Below the pieces are notes generated by a model. The model had not been told where the DNA came from, did not search any database, and saw nothing but the letters and a program-made list of their open reading frames with translations. Both the position numbers and the translations under genes were made by a program. A DNA stretch of 63,450 nucleotides, filler included, from Reclinomonas americana ATCC 50394 (Eukaryota): NCBI GenBank assembly GCA_048213135.1. It is 10 parts of 10 records of this genome, joined end to end, with 100 filler letters (N's around TTAATTAATTAA, not from the genome) between each part and the next. Parts side by side here need not be neighbours in the genome. Positions count along the whole stretch, not along the records: positions 62,254 to 63,450 come from AFZH01016823.1; 9 more parts are not named here. One strand, written 5' to 3'. Shown here in pieces: positions 63,201 to 63,450 of the stretch. Each line of letters opens with the position of its first letter. The stretch's first letter is position 1.

Positions 63201-63309
63201 CGGAGCAGAAGCGCATGGCCTTGGTCGACAGCACGGCGTCGCGCTCGGCACCCTCCACGAATTGTACCGGTGTTTCGCTGACCACTTGCATGGTGTTCAT
63301 GCGGTTCTG
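60255..63309 (-). CDS. ERCC2: TFIIH helicase subunit XPD (RAD3), C-terminal part; 5' end outside the window
   Basis: Exons encode [115 protein letters not shown] and [18 protein letters not shown]. Confidence 0.96.
61180..61575. repeat. ~85-bp degenerate tandem repeat in an XPD intron
   Basis: ggacgcagaa..agag..aaaggacgaagtc..aggacagacgagt..ccagctccac.tcacatgcagacaacaga, about 4-5 copies. Confidence 0.8.
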
Positions 63310-63450
63310 CGGGGGGAAGGCGGAAGGGGGATGAGAGGGGAAGGGAGGGTGAAGAGAGCTAAGGGGGAGAGCGAAAGGGAGAGGAGCAACGGGAGACAAA
63401 CGAAGGGGGAAGAGCGAAGGGGAAGAGCGGAGGGGGAGAGCGAAAGGGGA

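Overview
Eukaryotic, intron-rich and microsatellite-rich scaffold (GT-AG introns). A TEX9 gene suggests a flagellated lineage; the taxon cannot be determined. Nine artificial 100-nt gap spacers (N44-TTAATTAATTAA-N44) interrupt it. Housekeeping genes (BRWD/PHIP-like, TEX9, an ARM-like helical protein, XPD/ERCC2) are interleaved with a fast-evolving cluster of five paralogous NLR-like STAND genes (NACHT + pentapeptide repeats + 13-14 WD40 repeats). Manual splicing shows N-terminal modules that the ORF track misses. Four copies are Met-Ser/ubiquitin-like/GS-linker/HEPN (RxxxxH)-NACHT-pentapeptide-WD40. The fifth has a multi-exon caspase-like (Peptidase C14) domain spliced in frame to the same NACHT exon. 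Three HEPN copies are preceded by a co-duplicated, co-oriented WD40-only partner gene (two intact, one broken by an inversion). WD40 surface positions are hypervariable and some copies are decaying. A decayed Crinkler-type NTPase-REase gene lies next to the caspase NLR. All domain calls come from motif recognition by eye, not from database searches.
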